Below, piece after piece: positions 22,882 to 33,850 of a DNA stretch of 38,723 nucleotides. The stretch's first letter is position 1; the number at the start of each line of letters is the position of its first letter. Source of the DNA: Octopus bimaculoides (taxonomy: Eukaryota); assembly GCF_001194135.2 (NCBI RefSeq), contig NC_068998.1, forward strand, positions 46,122,828 through 46,161,550, given 5' to 3'. The notes under the pieces are model-generated. The model searched no databases. It was not told the origin of the DNA and saw nothing but the letters and a program-made list of their open reading frames with translations. The translations under genes were made by a program, and so were the position numbers.

Positions 22882-23882
22882 TTAAGGCCTTAACAAATTT
22901 AAACCCGGTGTAAAGATTCCAAGTTGCCCCCTATTTCAAGCGGTCACGGGTCAAACGTTTTAGTTTGACCATTTTTAGTACATCCCACGACATTCACATT
23001 ATTAAATGTAAGCGAAGTCACGACCTTTTTCGCCCAACATAATCGTGATATACATCAAGAAGGTATCTCTAGAAAATTTCATTACAAAATATGTATTCTA
23101 AAGATGTTATGGGTAAACAAAATAGTGGTGATGGGGAACACATTTCTGTAGTGATTTGAGAGATTTAGCTGGTATTTCTAGCAGTAAAAATATTGAAAGG
23201 CGAACTTTCGTTATATAATAGAGAAAATGAAACAAGTTGACAGAGATCGTCATTTACCGGTAACTCGACAGTGAAACGAAAGAGGAAGAATACGAAATAC
23301 TCCTCAATTAAAGAATGATTACAGAAAACTGTCTAATGAAGGCCACCCTTTCTGTATGGCAACCCACATCTGAAGGTTATGTCATGTGTGGGTCATATAT
23401 CCACCCCTTCAGATATTTCATCGAGCTAGTAAAGGTGAGATTCGTTACAGTCGCTCGCTCGTTCAACCCGTTAGAAATGGCAGCCAAAGTTGCCTCAAAC
23501 GACTCTGTACTGTTTTAGAAATAGGATATTATAGTCTTCGACAGCTTATATAAACTTAGATAGGATGGTCGTGGATTAAACGCCTTTCATCACGTGTCTG
23601 TTAAAACAACTACTACTACTACTAGCATGTAGGGTTAATTTAGAGCTAAGGGGGATTTCGCTGCTAGAAATCACAACCAAATCACCCTTAAATTACACTA
23701 CACTAACTTTCACACGTCGCCCCTACAACCTCCACCACCGTCACCTCCTTCATCATCGTCACAACCACATCACCCCAGTTACTATCATTATCACCATCGT
23801 CACAACCATATCACCAGCATCACTGTCTCCACCACCATATCATCATCATCACAACCACCAATTATATAAGCCTTTTACTTAC

Positions 23883-24586
23883 CTATTCACATAAAATCGT
23901 TTCATGCCGAACGCATTCTCGTACCATCCGATGATGTTCTGTGAAGTGTCCACCTCAACGGCGAACGTGACGTGGTCAACGTGTGTCATGCGATTCCTCG
24001 GTGCCGGCGGTCGAATCTCGTCGTATCCTTCGTCCGTTTTCACATCCTGTCTTCGGATCGACGTGAAACCGGGTAAGAAAAACCCGCTGTAGTGCTGTCG
24101 TTCGACCAACGTGTGCACGACATTGCCGAGGCACGATCTCACCACGGCTACTTTCACTTCTCCGTCGGCGTCGGACAAAACCGTCACCGGTTTCTCCATC
24201 TTGGCACCACATCTCTCCAGCCTTTCCACCTGGCGCTGGATGTCCTTCACGGCCAGACACACGTTGAACACGCTGTTTCTAACCGGCCTCCCGCCTTCGT
24301 CCACGTCCCGGTCCCATAGGACTAAATAAGGGTCATTTGCTATCTCCTCGTCTCGTTGCTGGTCCAAGCGAGCGTAGTTTTGTTGTTCTTGTTTCGGTGG
24401 TGAACTGCGTATTTCGGTGACCAGCAATTGTACCCGATCGTTGGCTCTCACTAGCCATTGTTGACTGTGAACTGTCTCCCTGTAACCAGCTCGATACAGC
24501 CCCAACTTCTTACAGAGTTCCAACACGAATTCCTCGCCGTTCTCTCGTACTCCTATTTCTATGTGGTGAATAGAGTGTTGTAGCAT
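23883..24586 (-). CDS. HPDL: HPDL-type dioxygenase, coding exon 1 (704 nt, aa 1-234 plus 2 nt)
   Basis: The first ATG is at 24586-24584 (A at -3; in-frame TAG upstream at 24607-24605). It translates MLQHSIHHIEIGV...NSVFNVCLAVKDI...FLPGF...THVDHVTF...WYENAFGMKRFYVN, a VOC/glyoxalase-fold N-terminal domain plus the first Fe-ligand His (H205). It ends at donor AG|GTAAGT (GT at 23882-23881), phase 2. Confidence 0.92.
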
Positions 24587-25276
24587 TATTGACTCACTCA
24601 CTGACTACCTTAGGCTCTCTCTCATTCTCTTTGTCTGTCTCTCTCTCCCTATCAACCCCTCTCTCTCCTTTCTTATCCTCTTCTCTCTCTCTGACTCAAA
24701 CGCACTCTCATTTATACGCGCGCATACACACTCACAGACACTCTCACTCACACATGTTCGCGCACACACACACTCTCACCTTCTCTTTTCTCTATATCGT
24801 CCTGTTGGTCTAACTGGTTACCGAGTGTACTAGCTGACTACATCAAGCCTACCTATTGTCGGCTGGGTTCTTCATTCCTCTCCCTATTCTGTAACTAATA
24901 ACTACCTACAATAGACACAGTAGCAGGGGGGACTGAATTCATTAGCTTTAATGAATAAAAATAGCCACCAAATCCCCTTTTCTTTTCTTTCTTTCTTTGC
25001 TTTTACAATTTCACTGCAAATAGTCAAAAACATTTAAGTTTTGCCTCAAGTACACAGAGACTTCCACAGTTCATTATACACGGCTTGTACTCAACTCTAA
25101 TTTCAGTTTTATTGATTAGGTTGTTAAAGATGATTAACAATATTATATCTTATCTGTTTATGTATACTGTCAGTAGTTGATATATCCGAAAAAGAAGCAC
25201 ATTAGAGCAGTAATATATTTCTGGAAGGTTGATTGTTATGGGCGGTCAGAGAGTGATCATAGGTTTCGCATCTATA

Positions 25277-25957
25277 AAACGCTTGAATCTTTTTTAAAAC
25301 GGGGGCCACATTTTTCATTAATGTTTTACGTAGTGTTTTTGGTACCGAAAGACTTTCAAACTTCGTATACTTATCTATTTTGTGTTATAGAACAGAAAAA
25401 TATTTTTGTATTCGAATTTATTTCATGTTAAAAATTGTCTTATTTCGATAATTTCAACCAATCACTGACAAGTATTCAGTTGTTTATATTTACTCCTTTG
25501 GCTGATTAAGCCATAGTTTCGTTTTATTTGCTTTTTTCATTTTAAATTTGCTATTTTCATTTTCTTTTTTTTTCTTCGTTNNNNNNNNNNNNNNNNNNNN
25601 NNNNNNNNNNNNNNNNNNNNNNNNNNNNNNNNNNNNNNTAAATTTGCTGTTTTACCCTAACCCTAACCCTAACCCTATCACCGATAGAATTGTTTCAGAA
25701 TCGTTTGTTTATGTAGTCGGCACTTAATGTATATCGGCTGAATTGACGTCAGTGATTGGTTGAAATTACAGAAATACGACAACTTTAACATGGAATAACT
25801 TAGGGATTTCTTTTTTTCTTTTAAGAAGACTAAGAGAATAAGATGTTTTATATGACACATTCTACCAGTGTTCCAAGTTTCAAAGTGTTTCGTTAATGAA
25901 AAATGTGGTTTCGTTAATGAAAAATGTGGCCCCCGTTTTAAAAAAGATCCAAACGCT
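25277..25957. mobile_element. Foldback / long-TIR element with ~200-bp imperfect inverted arms and an internal (CCCTAA)n
   Basis: The left arm gaatcttttttaaaacgggggccacatttttcattaa...tttcaaccaatcactgac is matched in reverse by the right arm gtcagtgattggttgaaa...ttaatgaaaaatgtggccccgttttaaaaaagatcc. Confidence 0.7.
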
Positions 25958-25998
25958 TAGCTGTATAGGATGACTCGTTAGGCTCAAATGACCGGAAT

Positions 25999-26222
25999 AT
26001 ATGTTTGTGTGTGTCTTTGTGTCTGTGTTTCTCTCCCACCACCGCTTAACAACCAGTGCTGGTATGTTTACGTCTCCGTAATCTAGCGTTTCGGCAAAGC
26101 GGGGAGGGCTTACAAGAAAGTAAAAATTTAAAAAAGTCCTGGGATCGATTCGTTCGACTAAAATTCTTCAAAGCGGTGCCCCAGCATGGCCGCAGTCTGA
26201 TGAGTGAAACGAGCAAAAGATA
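25999..26222 (+). mobile_element. SINE family A, 3' portion
   Basis: cgcttaacaaccagtgctgg...gtcctgggatcg...gcggtgccccagcatggccgcagtc. Confidence 0.7.
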
Positions 26223-26910
26223 AAAACATAGTATTTTCGTAAAAATCAATATTGTCACAAACGGCCTATCCTACTATAAAGGTAAAAAAACGAAAGACAG
26301 CTCCCCCCTCCTTTGTCTATGAAAGTGGTGGTGGGTTGCGTCGGTAAAAACAATACAGGAGCGATCAAAGAGAGAGAAAGAGAGGTGGGAGGAGTGTATG
26401 AGTTCGATTGGTATATTTATTTAATTAGATAATATCACATGTATTTCTAACATGATATCATTAATCCGAAATAACCTTCAGGGGTCATGCAACAGAACTT
26501 ATTCCCTTCAGGGTCCTAGCCCACGTGATTATTTGACCCGGATGACATTCACGATGCTTAAGGAGTACAATAGAGAGAGAGACGGGGGGGGNNNNNNNNN
26601 NNNNNNNNNNNNNNNNNNNNNNNNNGGGGGGGGGGGGTGACGAGGAGCTGGGAAGAAGTTTAAGTTAGTACAGGGACATGTCGTGGTACGAAGCATTGAA
26701 CACGGATGTGAAGGAGTGTACCCTTTTACTTGTGTGACTCTGTGGTTGCGTGTGTGCATGTGTGAGTGGTACATGAAAAAAGCGGTCGATTGGTATTCAT
26801 TCGTATGTATACATGCAACCATACACATAGGTGTACACACACACACACACACGTACATATATGCATGTCTGTATATGTATATATGTGTACATATAGTATG
26901 CATATATATA

Positions 26911-27294
26911 CTCTTTTTTACTTGTTTCACTCATTTGACTGCGGCCATGCTGGGGCACCGCTTTAGTCGAGCAAATCGACCCCAGGACTTATTCTTTGTA
27001 AGCCTAGTACTTATTCTATCGGTCTCTTTTTGCCGAACCGCTAAGTTACAGGGACGTAAACACACCAGCATCGGTTGTCAAGCGATAGAGGGGGGGACAA
27101 ACAGAGACACACAAACACATATACATATATACGACGGGCTTCTTTCAGTTTCCGTCTACCAAATCCACTCACAAGGCTTTGGTCAGCCCGAGGGTATAGT
27201 AGAAGACACTTGCTCAGGATGCCACGCAGTGGGACTGAACCCGGAACCATGTGGTTGGTAAGCAAGCTACTTACCACACAGCCACTCCTACGCC

Positions 27295-27297
<3 letters not shown>
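26911..27297 (-). mobile_element. SINE family A, full-length, well preserved
   Basis: Complete reverse complement from tail (ttttacttgtttc) to head (ccacacagccactcctacgcctat), with CpGs retained. Confidence 0.85.
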
Positions 27298-27329
<32 letters not shown>

Positions 27330-27344
27330 TATTTATATTGTCTT

Positions 27345-27720
27345 TTAATCTTTTATTTGTCATTTGACTGTGGCCATGCTGGAGCACCGCCTTTAGTCGA
27401 ACAATCAATCCCTGAACTTATTCTTTGTAAACCTAGTACTTATTCTATCGGTCTCTTAGGCCGAACTGTTAAGTTACGGGGACACAAACACACCAGCATG
27501 GTGAGGGGACACGCACACACATATACATTTCAGTTTCTGTCTACCAAATCCACTTACAAGGCTTTAGTCAGTCCGAGGCTATAGCAGAAGACACTTGCCT
27601 AAGGTGCCACGCAGTGGGACTAAGTACTAGGCTTACAAAGAATAAGTTCTGGGGGCGGTCTGTTCAACTAAAGGCGGTGCTCCAGCATGGCCACAGTCAA
27701 ATGACTGAAACAAATAAAAG
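27345..27720. mobile_element. Rearranged SINE family A with inverted 3' ends
   Basis: Minus-strand copy from tail to gtgggact (~27619), then an abrupt switch to a plus-strand 3' portion aagtactaggcttacaaag...gactgaaacaaataaaag. Confidence 0.7.
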
Positions 27721-27746
27721 AATATGTATATGTAATGTACTGATCC

Positions 27747-27780
<34 letters not shown>

Positions 27781-28689
27781 ATGTCTATCTATCTATCTAT
27801 CTATCTCTCTATATATTTATGTCTGTCTGTCCTCCATGCTGGTTGGGCTGGGCGATTTGAACTGCACCAGGCTCTACTCTCTGCTTTGGTGTGATTTATG
27901 TATGTATGGTTTGAATGAACCATATCCTTGACAAAAGTTCAAAGTCACAGCTACAGAATTATAAATATTAATTATAAATCAAAAATTTATCAGGTATGTC
28001 ATATAATATACCTTCAGTACCTTCATGTTGTTCAGATAGATACCACTGCCATACTCAGTTGTTTCTTATAACGATTTGATTGTTAATTATGAAAATTACC
28101 GTAAGCCATGAATGTGCTCTGCATCAGAGTAAAGGTCAGATTATAGCTGTGCTGAAGACAGCTATAGAAGCAGAAACACAGCTATCCTCTTGTCTTTAGA
28201 TACTCAGACTCTTTTTTCTTTTTATTAGTAGTATGTCAGTTCTAGAGAATCCTCGATTCTTGAGATTATATTCCATTGTCATCTGGAGTTGGTGCCAGTT
28301 GTTTTACCTTTTCTGGAAGCAAAAGTGATTTTGATAAATCAAGAATCGATCTTATAGAGTTTTCAATATACCTTCATTCATATGTTCTGTAAGTTCATGC
28401 TACTGGCTATTTCGAGTTATTTCACTTAGTTCATTTGTGTGTGTGTGTAGATAGATATACATGCATATATGTTAGGCATCTGCATATGTTTCCATGCACA
28501 AATTTGACACAAATTTTTAGAGAAAGTATTCATAATGTATAAGTGCTTTCGCTGTTTACAGCTTTTCAAACTCATGTGTTATGGGATAATCTGTAAAATG
28601 AAGTTGTTCTTGACTATTGATAGTGTTGACTATTAAGTTATCTGTGTACAGGAATGTCTTCAGTCTAAAGTCCCCCTTCCCCCATTATG

Positions 28690-29190
28690 ACCTGGAGTAC
28701 TAAAAGAAACAGCTGGGAACTGAGAACTGAATTTTGATAGACATCTAACTATTGAATTCATTGCCAATTTTCACCTTGCTGGTGGTGGCATCTCTGCACA
28801 TGTCTTGCATGACTCTCATTGTCAGCTATCTTTACATAGTTTTCATAATGACCACCAGACTACAGAGTGTGAAACTGTGTCAAAGAATGCTAAGTATAGA
28901 AGCTTTGTCCTTTGCTTTTTGGGTTTTCACTAGAAAAGAAAATATCTGTTGTTGCCATTCATCACAAATCCCACCTGCATCATATTTAAGTTAATTCCCT
29001 TCTTAACCACTTGTGTTGTAACGATTTCTCTTGTTTTCATAACATGGTGGATCCGTTTGGTCTTTCTTGAGAATCTTTGCCTTCACAGCAGACAATTGAT
29101 ACTGCTACACCTGTCAATGGGTATGGACATCTCCTTTTTCCACCTATGTCACTTGGTGAATGAAAAACCCACCTAACTTTGCATGGTATT
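28690..29190 (-). pseudogene. Degenerate RTE-type reverse transcriptase relic
   Basis: Minus-strand peptides HHVMKTREIVTTQVVKKGINLNMMQVGFV, ATTDIF (after a frameshift) and MRVMQDMCRDATTSKVKIGNEFNS follow the order of the RTE RT segments VMK..ER...MQFGF...STTDAIF...MY.DA.SKV.VGNE. Several stops and frameshifts are present. Confidence 0.65.
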
Positions 29191-29267
29191 CTAAGCTGAT
29201 TACTTTGCCTTTATATCATTCATTGTACTTTCTACTATATCACTGTCAACTCTGAAAGCAGGTCCTA

Positions 29268-30140
29268 AGCTGTCAGCTTTAATATCTGGATCCAAGCTAT
29301 CAACTTTAATAGCTGTCCACTTGAATAGCTAGATCTTAACTGTCCACTTGAATCGATAGACCTCAGCTGTCAACTTGAATAGCTAGTCCTAAGCTATCAG
29401 AATAGCTAGACCACATCTGTCCACTTAAATAACTAGACCTTAGTTGTCCACTTGAATAGCTAGTCCTTTGCTATCCACTTAGATAGATCTTAGCTGTCCA
29501 CTTGAATTGATAGACCTTAGCTGTCCACTTGAATAGCTAGTCCTTAGCTGTCCACTTGAACAGATAGACCTTAGCTGTCCACTTGAACAGATAGACCTTA
29601 GCTGTCCACTTGAATAGATAGACCTTAGCTGCCCACTTGAATAGCTAATCCTTAGCTGTCCACTTTAATAGTGAAACCTTAGCTGTCCACTTTAATAGCG
29701 AGACCTTAGCTGTCCACTTGAATAGCGAGTCNNNNNNNNNNACCTTAGCTGCCCACTTGAATAGCTAATCCTTAGCTGTCCACTTTAATAGTGAAACCTT
29801 AGCTGTCCACTTTAATAGCGAGACCTTAGCTGTCCACTTGAATAGCGAGTCCTCAGCTGTCCACTTGAATAGATAGACCTTAGTTGTCCACTTGAATAGC
29901 TAGTCCTTAGCTGTCCAATTGAATAGCTAGTCCTCAGCTGTCCACTTGAATAGATAGACCTTAGCTGTCCACTTGAATAGCTAGACGTTAGCTGTCCACT
30001 TGAATCGTTAGACCTAAGCTGTCCACTTAAATAGCTAGACCTTAGCTGTCCACTTGAATCGTTAGACCTAAGCTGTCCACTTGAATAGCTAGACGTTAGC
30101 TGTCCACTTGAACAGATAGACCTTAGCTATCCTCTTGAAT
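29268..30140. repeat. 27-bp minisatellite, roughly 30 units
   Basis: Unit gaccttagctgtccacttgaatag(a/c)ta, degenerate at the left edge. A 10-N gap at 29732-29741 interrupts it. Confidence 0.95.
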
Positions 30141-30745
30141 TGTAGTCTTCCTGTTATAAGCTGGTGTGATTTGGCTGCTATTTCCAATGCGCCAAAAGAC
30201 ATGTAATTAGTGCCACTGTGTAATTCGCTAGTTAGCGTTGCTGAGGATGTTAATGCACTGCCTATCACAAATGTTGGCTACATTTTAATCAGTAACTTTT
30301 AACTCCACCTCAATCTCAGCCATTTGAGAAGAGGGAGATGAATTGTTAAGTAATAATGGAGCTAGTCATTTAGCGGGAATGCTTTTGTCCAGGTTACCTG
30401 AAAGGACCCCCCCACCCCCCGTGGGGTTTAAGTTTACAGGCTAAATACATTACAACTTTACAAGCACAATAGCCAGTTAGAGTTACCTCCCTTGTTTCCA
30501 GCCGTGATTTACAATATAATAACGTCGTTAAGTTATTTCCCTCTACGCAGTCGCATAATTTGCTAGAAATAGCAGCCGCATCTCGCATCAATTACTCATT
30601 ATTGAAGTGGAATGCGATATTTGTAACGTTTTTTGTCATAAAAGCCTGTTGGATCACTACTGACGTCGAGTCTTCTACTATAGCCTCGGGCCGACCAAAG
30701 CCTTCTGAGTGGATTTGGTAGACGGAAACTGAAAGAAGCCTATCG

Positions 30746-30778
<33 letters not shown>

Positions 30779-31965
30779 GTTGTTAGTTATATAAATTTTT
30801 AATTTTTCATTCATTTTTTTAAAGTATTATTCTTTCATTCATGTTTTCATATTCTATTCTCTATTTTAATGTAGTATTTCGCGTGACCTCTTGCTTAAAA
30901 CGCTATAGCTATTAGATAACGTCTTAGTTTCAGTTTGAATTACGGAAAAATATGGATAAGTACTGTTTTTACTTTGCTAAAGATTTTTTACTATTTGAAA
31001 ATAATGTGTTCTTGTTTTTTATATTATTCATTTGGTTCTTTAAAGATTATTTTTAATAGATAACTTATTTAACACTAAATTATTTAGAAGTTATAGTTTC
31101 ATTTCAACATAATATTAGAACTTCGATTTGAATAGTGTTGATATATTTTCGATTATTTTTGATTAATAAGATTTCATTAATAATTAGTCTCTATTGTTTA
31201 TAATACCGTTAAAGGTTTTTTAATCAAAACTTTGTATATATATATAAAGTTTAATCTTTTATTCTTAATAATTTTTTTTATTTCTATGTTTGTAGAAATA
31301 AATATTCTTGTANNNNNNNNNNNNNNNNNNNNNNNNNNNNNNNNNNNNNNNNNNNNNNNNNNNNNNNNNNNNNNNNNNNNNNNNNNNNNNNNNNNNNNNN
31401 NNNNNNNNNNNNNNNNNNNNNNNNNNNNNNNNNNNNNNNNNNNNNNNNNNNNNNNNNNNNNNNNNNNNNNNNNNNNNNNNNNNNNNNNNNNNNNNNNNNN
31501 NNNNNNNNNNNNNNNNNNNNNNNNNNNNNNNNNNNNNNNNNNNNNNNNNNNNNNNNNNNNNNNNNNNNNNNNNNNNNNNNNNNNNNNNNNNNNNNNNNNN
31601 NNNNNNNNNNNNNNNNNNNNNNNNNNNNNNNNNNNNNNNNNNNNNNNNNNNNNNNNNNNNNNNNNNNNNNNNNNNNNNNNNNNNNNNNNNNNNNNNNNNN
31701 NNNNNNNNNNNNNNNNNNNNNNNNNNNNNNNNNNNNNNNNNNNNNNNNNNNNNNNNNNNNNNNNNNNNNNNNNNNNNNNNNNNNNNNNNNNNNNNNNNNN
31801 NNNNNNNNNNNNNNNNNNCTTATGATATTTACTTTGTTTTATATTATACTCATTTATTGTGCTTTTAATTATTAAATTTTCTATATGTGATAGTGGATTT
31901 TCATCGATGAGTTCTTGAAACTTGGTTCTTTTCCCTAAAACTATATTTTATATATATATATCTGT

Positions 31966-32165
31966 GTGTGTGTATGTTTGTTCCCCTAGCATTGCTTGAC
32001 AACCGATGCTGGTGTGTTTATGTCCCCGTCACTTAGCGGTTCAGCAAAAGAGACTGATAGAATAAGTACTAGGCTTACAAAGAATAAGTCCCGGGGTCGA
32101 TTTGATCGACTAAAGGCAGTGCTCCAGCATGGCCGCAGTCAAATGACTGAAACAAGTAAAAAAGA
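31966..32165 (+). mobile_element. SINE family A, 3' portion
   Basis: gcttgacaaccgatgctgg...ccagcatggccgcagtcaaatgactgaaacaagtaaa. Confidence 0.75.
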
Positions 32166-32394
32166 TATGTTTTCATAGAAGATTGTAAGCAAACAAAACA
32201 ACTTGCATGACAATGACACTCACAACTATGGCTTGGTGTCAAGGCAAGGAGACAGTAACACACACACATGTACAGTAATCCATCAACTATCATGAGTGTT
32301 ATGTTCCACCCCACCCCACGATAGGTGAAAATCTGCTAAATAGAAACAGTACTGTATAATTATTATTTTTATAATTTGTATATGTTTATTTTAT

Positions 32395-32690
32395 CATAAA
32401 TGCAAGCCAACACCACACACTTGCCTCCTGAGTTTCATGGCAGCCATGCCAACGTCTCCTTCATTGGACACTAAACTCGGCTTGCGAAATCGTGATGGTA
32501 CCTGTACCAGTGGAGTGCTAAAAGCACCCACTACACTCTCGAAGTGGTTGGCGTTACGAAGGGCACCCAGCTGTAGAAACTGCCAAATCAGATTGGAGCC
32601 TGGTGTAGCCATCCGGTTCACCAGTCCTCAGTCAAATCGTTCAACCCATGCTAGCATGGAAAGCGGACGTTAAATGATGATGATGATGGT
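32395..32690 (+). mobile_element. Retroposon family C, long copy with (GAT)n tail
   Basis: gtggttggcgttacgaagggcacccagctgtagaaac...gtcaaatcgttcaacccatgctagcatggaaagcggacgttaaatgatgatgatg. Confidence 0.7.
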
Positions 32691-32760
32691 AAAGAGGTTG
32701 CTCATGCCTGAATCAAAATGCTAAAAGCCACAGCTGCAATTCTTATTGATTGGGCACAAT

Positions 32761-33450
32761 TATAGATTTAAGTATCTCATTTATGACAGCAATTCATGGT
32801 GGGGGTGAGTGGGACATTCTGAACTGTCCTGTATGGGGTTCAAGCCTGGTCAGGATGAGGGAAGAAGGTAAGAGTCTTTATATTTTTTTTCGTTTATACA
32901 AAAATATTAAAAAATATATTTCTAGATAGAGATTGAAACCTCTACCTTCATGCAAGGGTACTGGTTAAATTACTAACACCTTTAACCAGATTAAAAAATG
33001 AGATATTTAAATCTACTTTTATTATTGATTGACACTATTATAGATTTAAGTATCTCATTTTTTATANNNNNNNNNNNNNNNNNNNNNNNNNNNNNNNNNN
33101 NNNNNNNNNNNNNNNNNNNNNNNNNNNNNNNNNNNNNNNNNNNNNNNNNNNNNNNNNNNNNNNNNNNNNNNNNNNNNNNNNNNNNNNNNNNNNNNNNNTG
33201 AGGGGGACATTGTGAACTGTCCTGTCCGGGGTTCACTCCTGGCCAGGATGAGAGAAGGAGGTGAGAGTCAAAAATATTAAAAAATATATTTCTAGATGGC
33301 GATTGAAACCTCTACCTTCATACAAGGTTATTGGTTAAATTACTAACACCTTTAACCATTAGGCCATCTGAGAAACAACTTAAAAATGAGATATTTAAAT
33401 CTATTTTTATTATTGATTTAATGCTGTGGTAGATTTAGTTATCTTATTTT
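32761..33450. repeat. Tandem repeat with a ~278-bp unit (at least 2.3 copies, gap inside)
   Basis: tatagatttaagtatctcattt occurs at 32761 and 33039. The block aaaaatattaaaaaatatatttctagat..gattgaaacctctaccttcat..ttggttaaattactaacacctttaacca occurs twice. Confidence 0.8.
33292..33373 (-). pseudogene. tRNA-like relic (Ser/Leu-type length) within the 278-bp unit
   Basis: The minus strand reads TCTCAGA-TG-GCCTAATGGTTAAAGG...GGTTTCAATCGCCA-TCTAGA: an A-box TGGCCTAATGG, a degenerate B-box and a near-complementary acceptor stem. The anticodon arm does not fold cleanly. Confidence 0.35.
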
Positions 33451-33814
33451 CCACAGAAATTAACAGGGCACCCATACATAGATAGATAGATACATACATA
33501 CATACATTTGAATCTAGCACTTTACTGTTAATTACGTTTCTGTACTACATCATTGCCTGTGAAAAGTTATGCAATAGTTAAGGTTAATATATATCTATCA
33601 ATATAAAGTACCTGACGACTTTCAGAACAGACCAACTGAAATAAATCATTAAAAAGAATAGGAAATAAAACACAAACGATCTGAAGTTTTATGAATATTT
33701 TTATTTTAAATATATTTGTATGTACGTGCATGGGTGTATATGCATGTCTGTGTATATATATTATGTTGCGTGTGTGTTTGTTTATTTATTTCATTTCTAT
33801 AACAGAAGTTTAAA

Positions 33815-33850
<36 letters not shown>

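Noticed and set aside
23904-24329. Alternative-frame and antisense ORFs overlapping HPDL exon 1
   Set aside because: They are expected by-products of a GC-rich coding exon and show no independent motifs.
24587-24601. GTG start of the 240-aa ORF given in the track (MSESIM...)
   Set aside because: In a eukaryotic gene the first ATG at 24586, which has A at -3, is the more plausible start, and the recalled HPDL alignment begins right after it.
25652-25677. (CCCTAA)n as a telomere or interstitial telomeric site
   Set aside because: There are only about four units, and they lie inside a foldback element, so they are better explained as part of that repeat.
29622-29851. Exact 110-bp higher-order repeat in the 27-bp minisatellite
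   Set aside because: The two copies (29622-29731 and 29742-29851) flank a 10-N gap, so this is most likely duplicated contig ends rather than real higher-order structure.
29268-30140. Possible CRISPR-like array or repeat-protein exon
   Set aside because: There are no unique spacers or cas genes and the context is eukaryotic. Unit variants introduce TAG stops in the only near-open frame.
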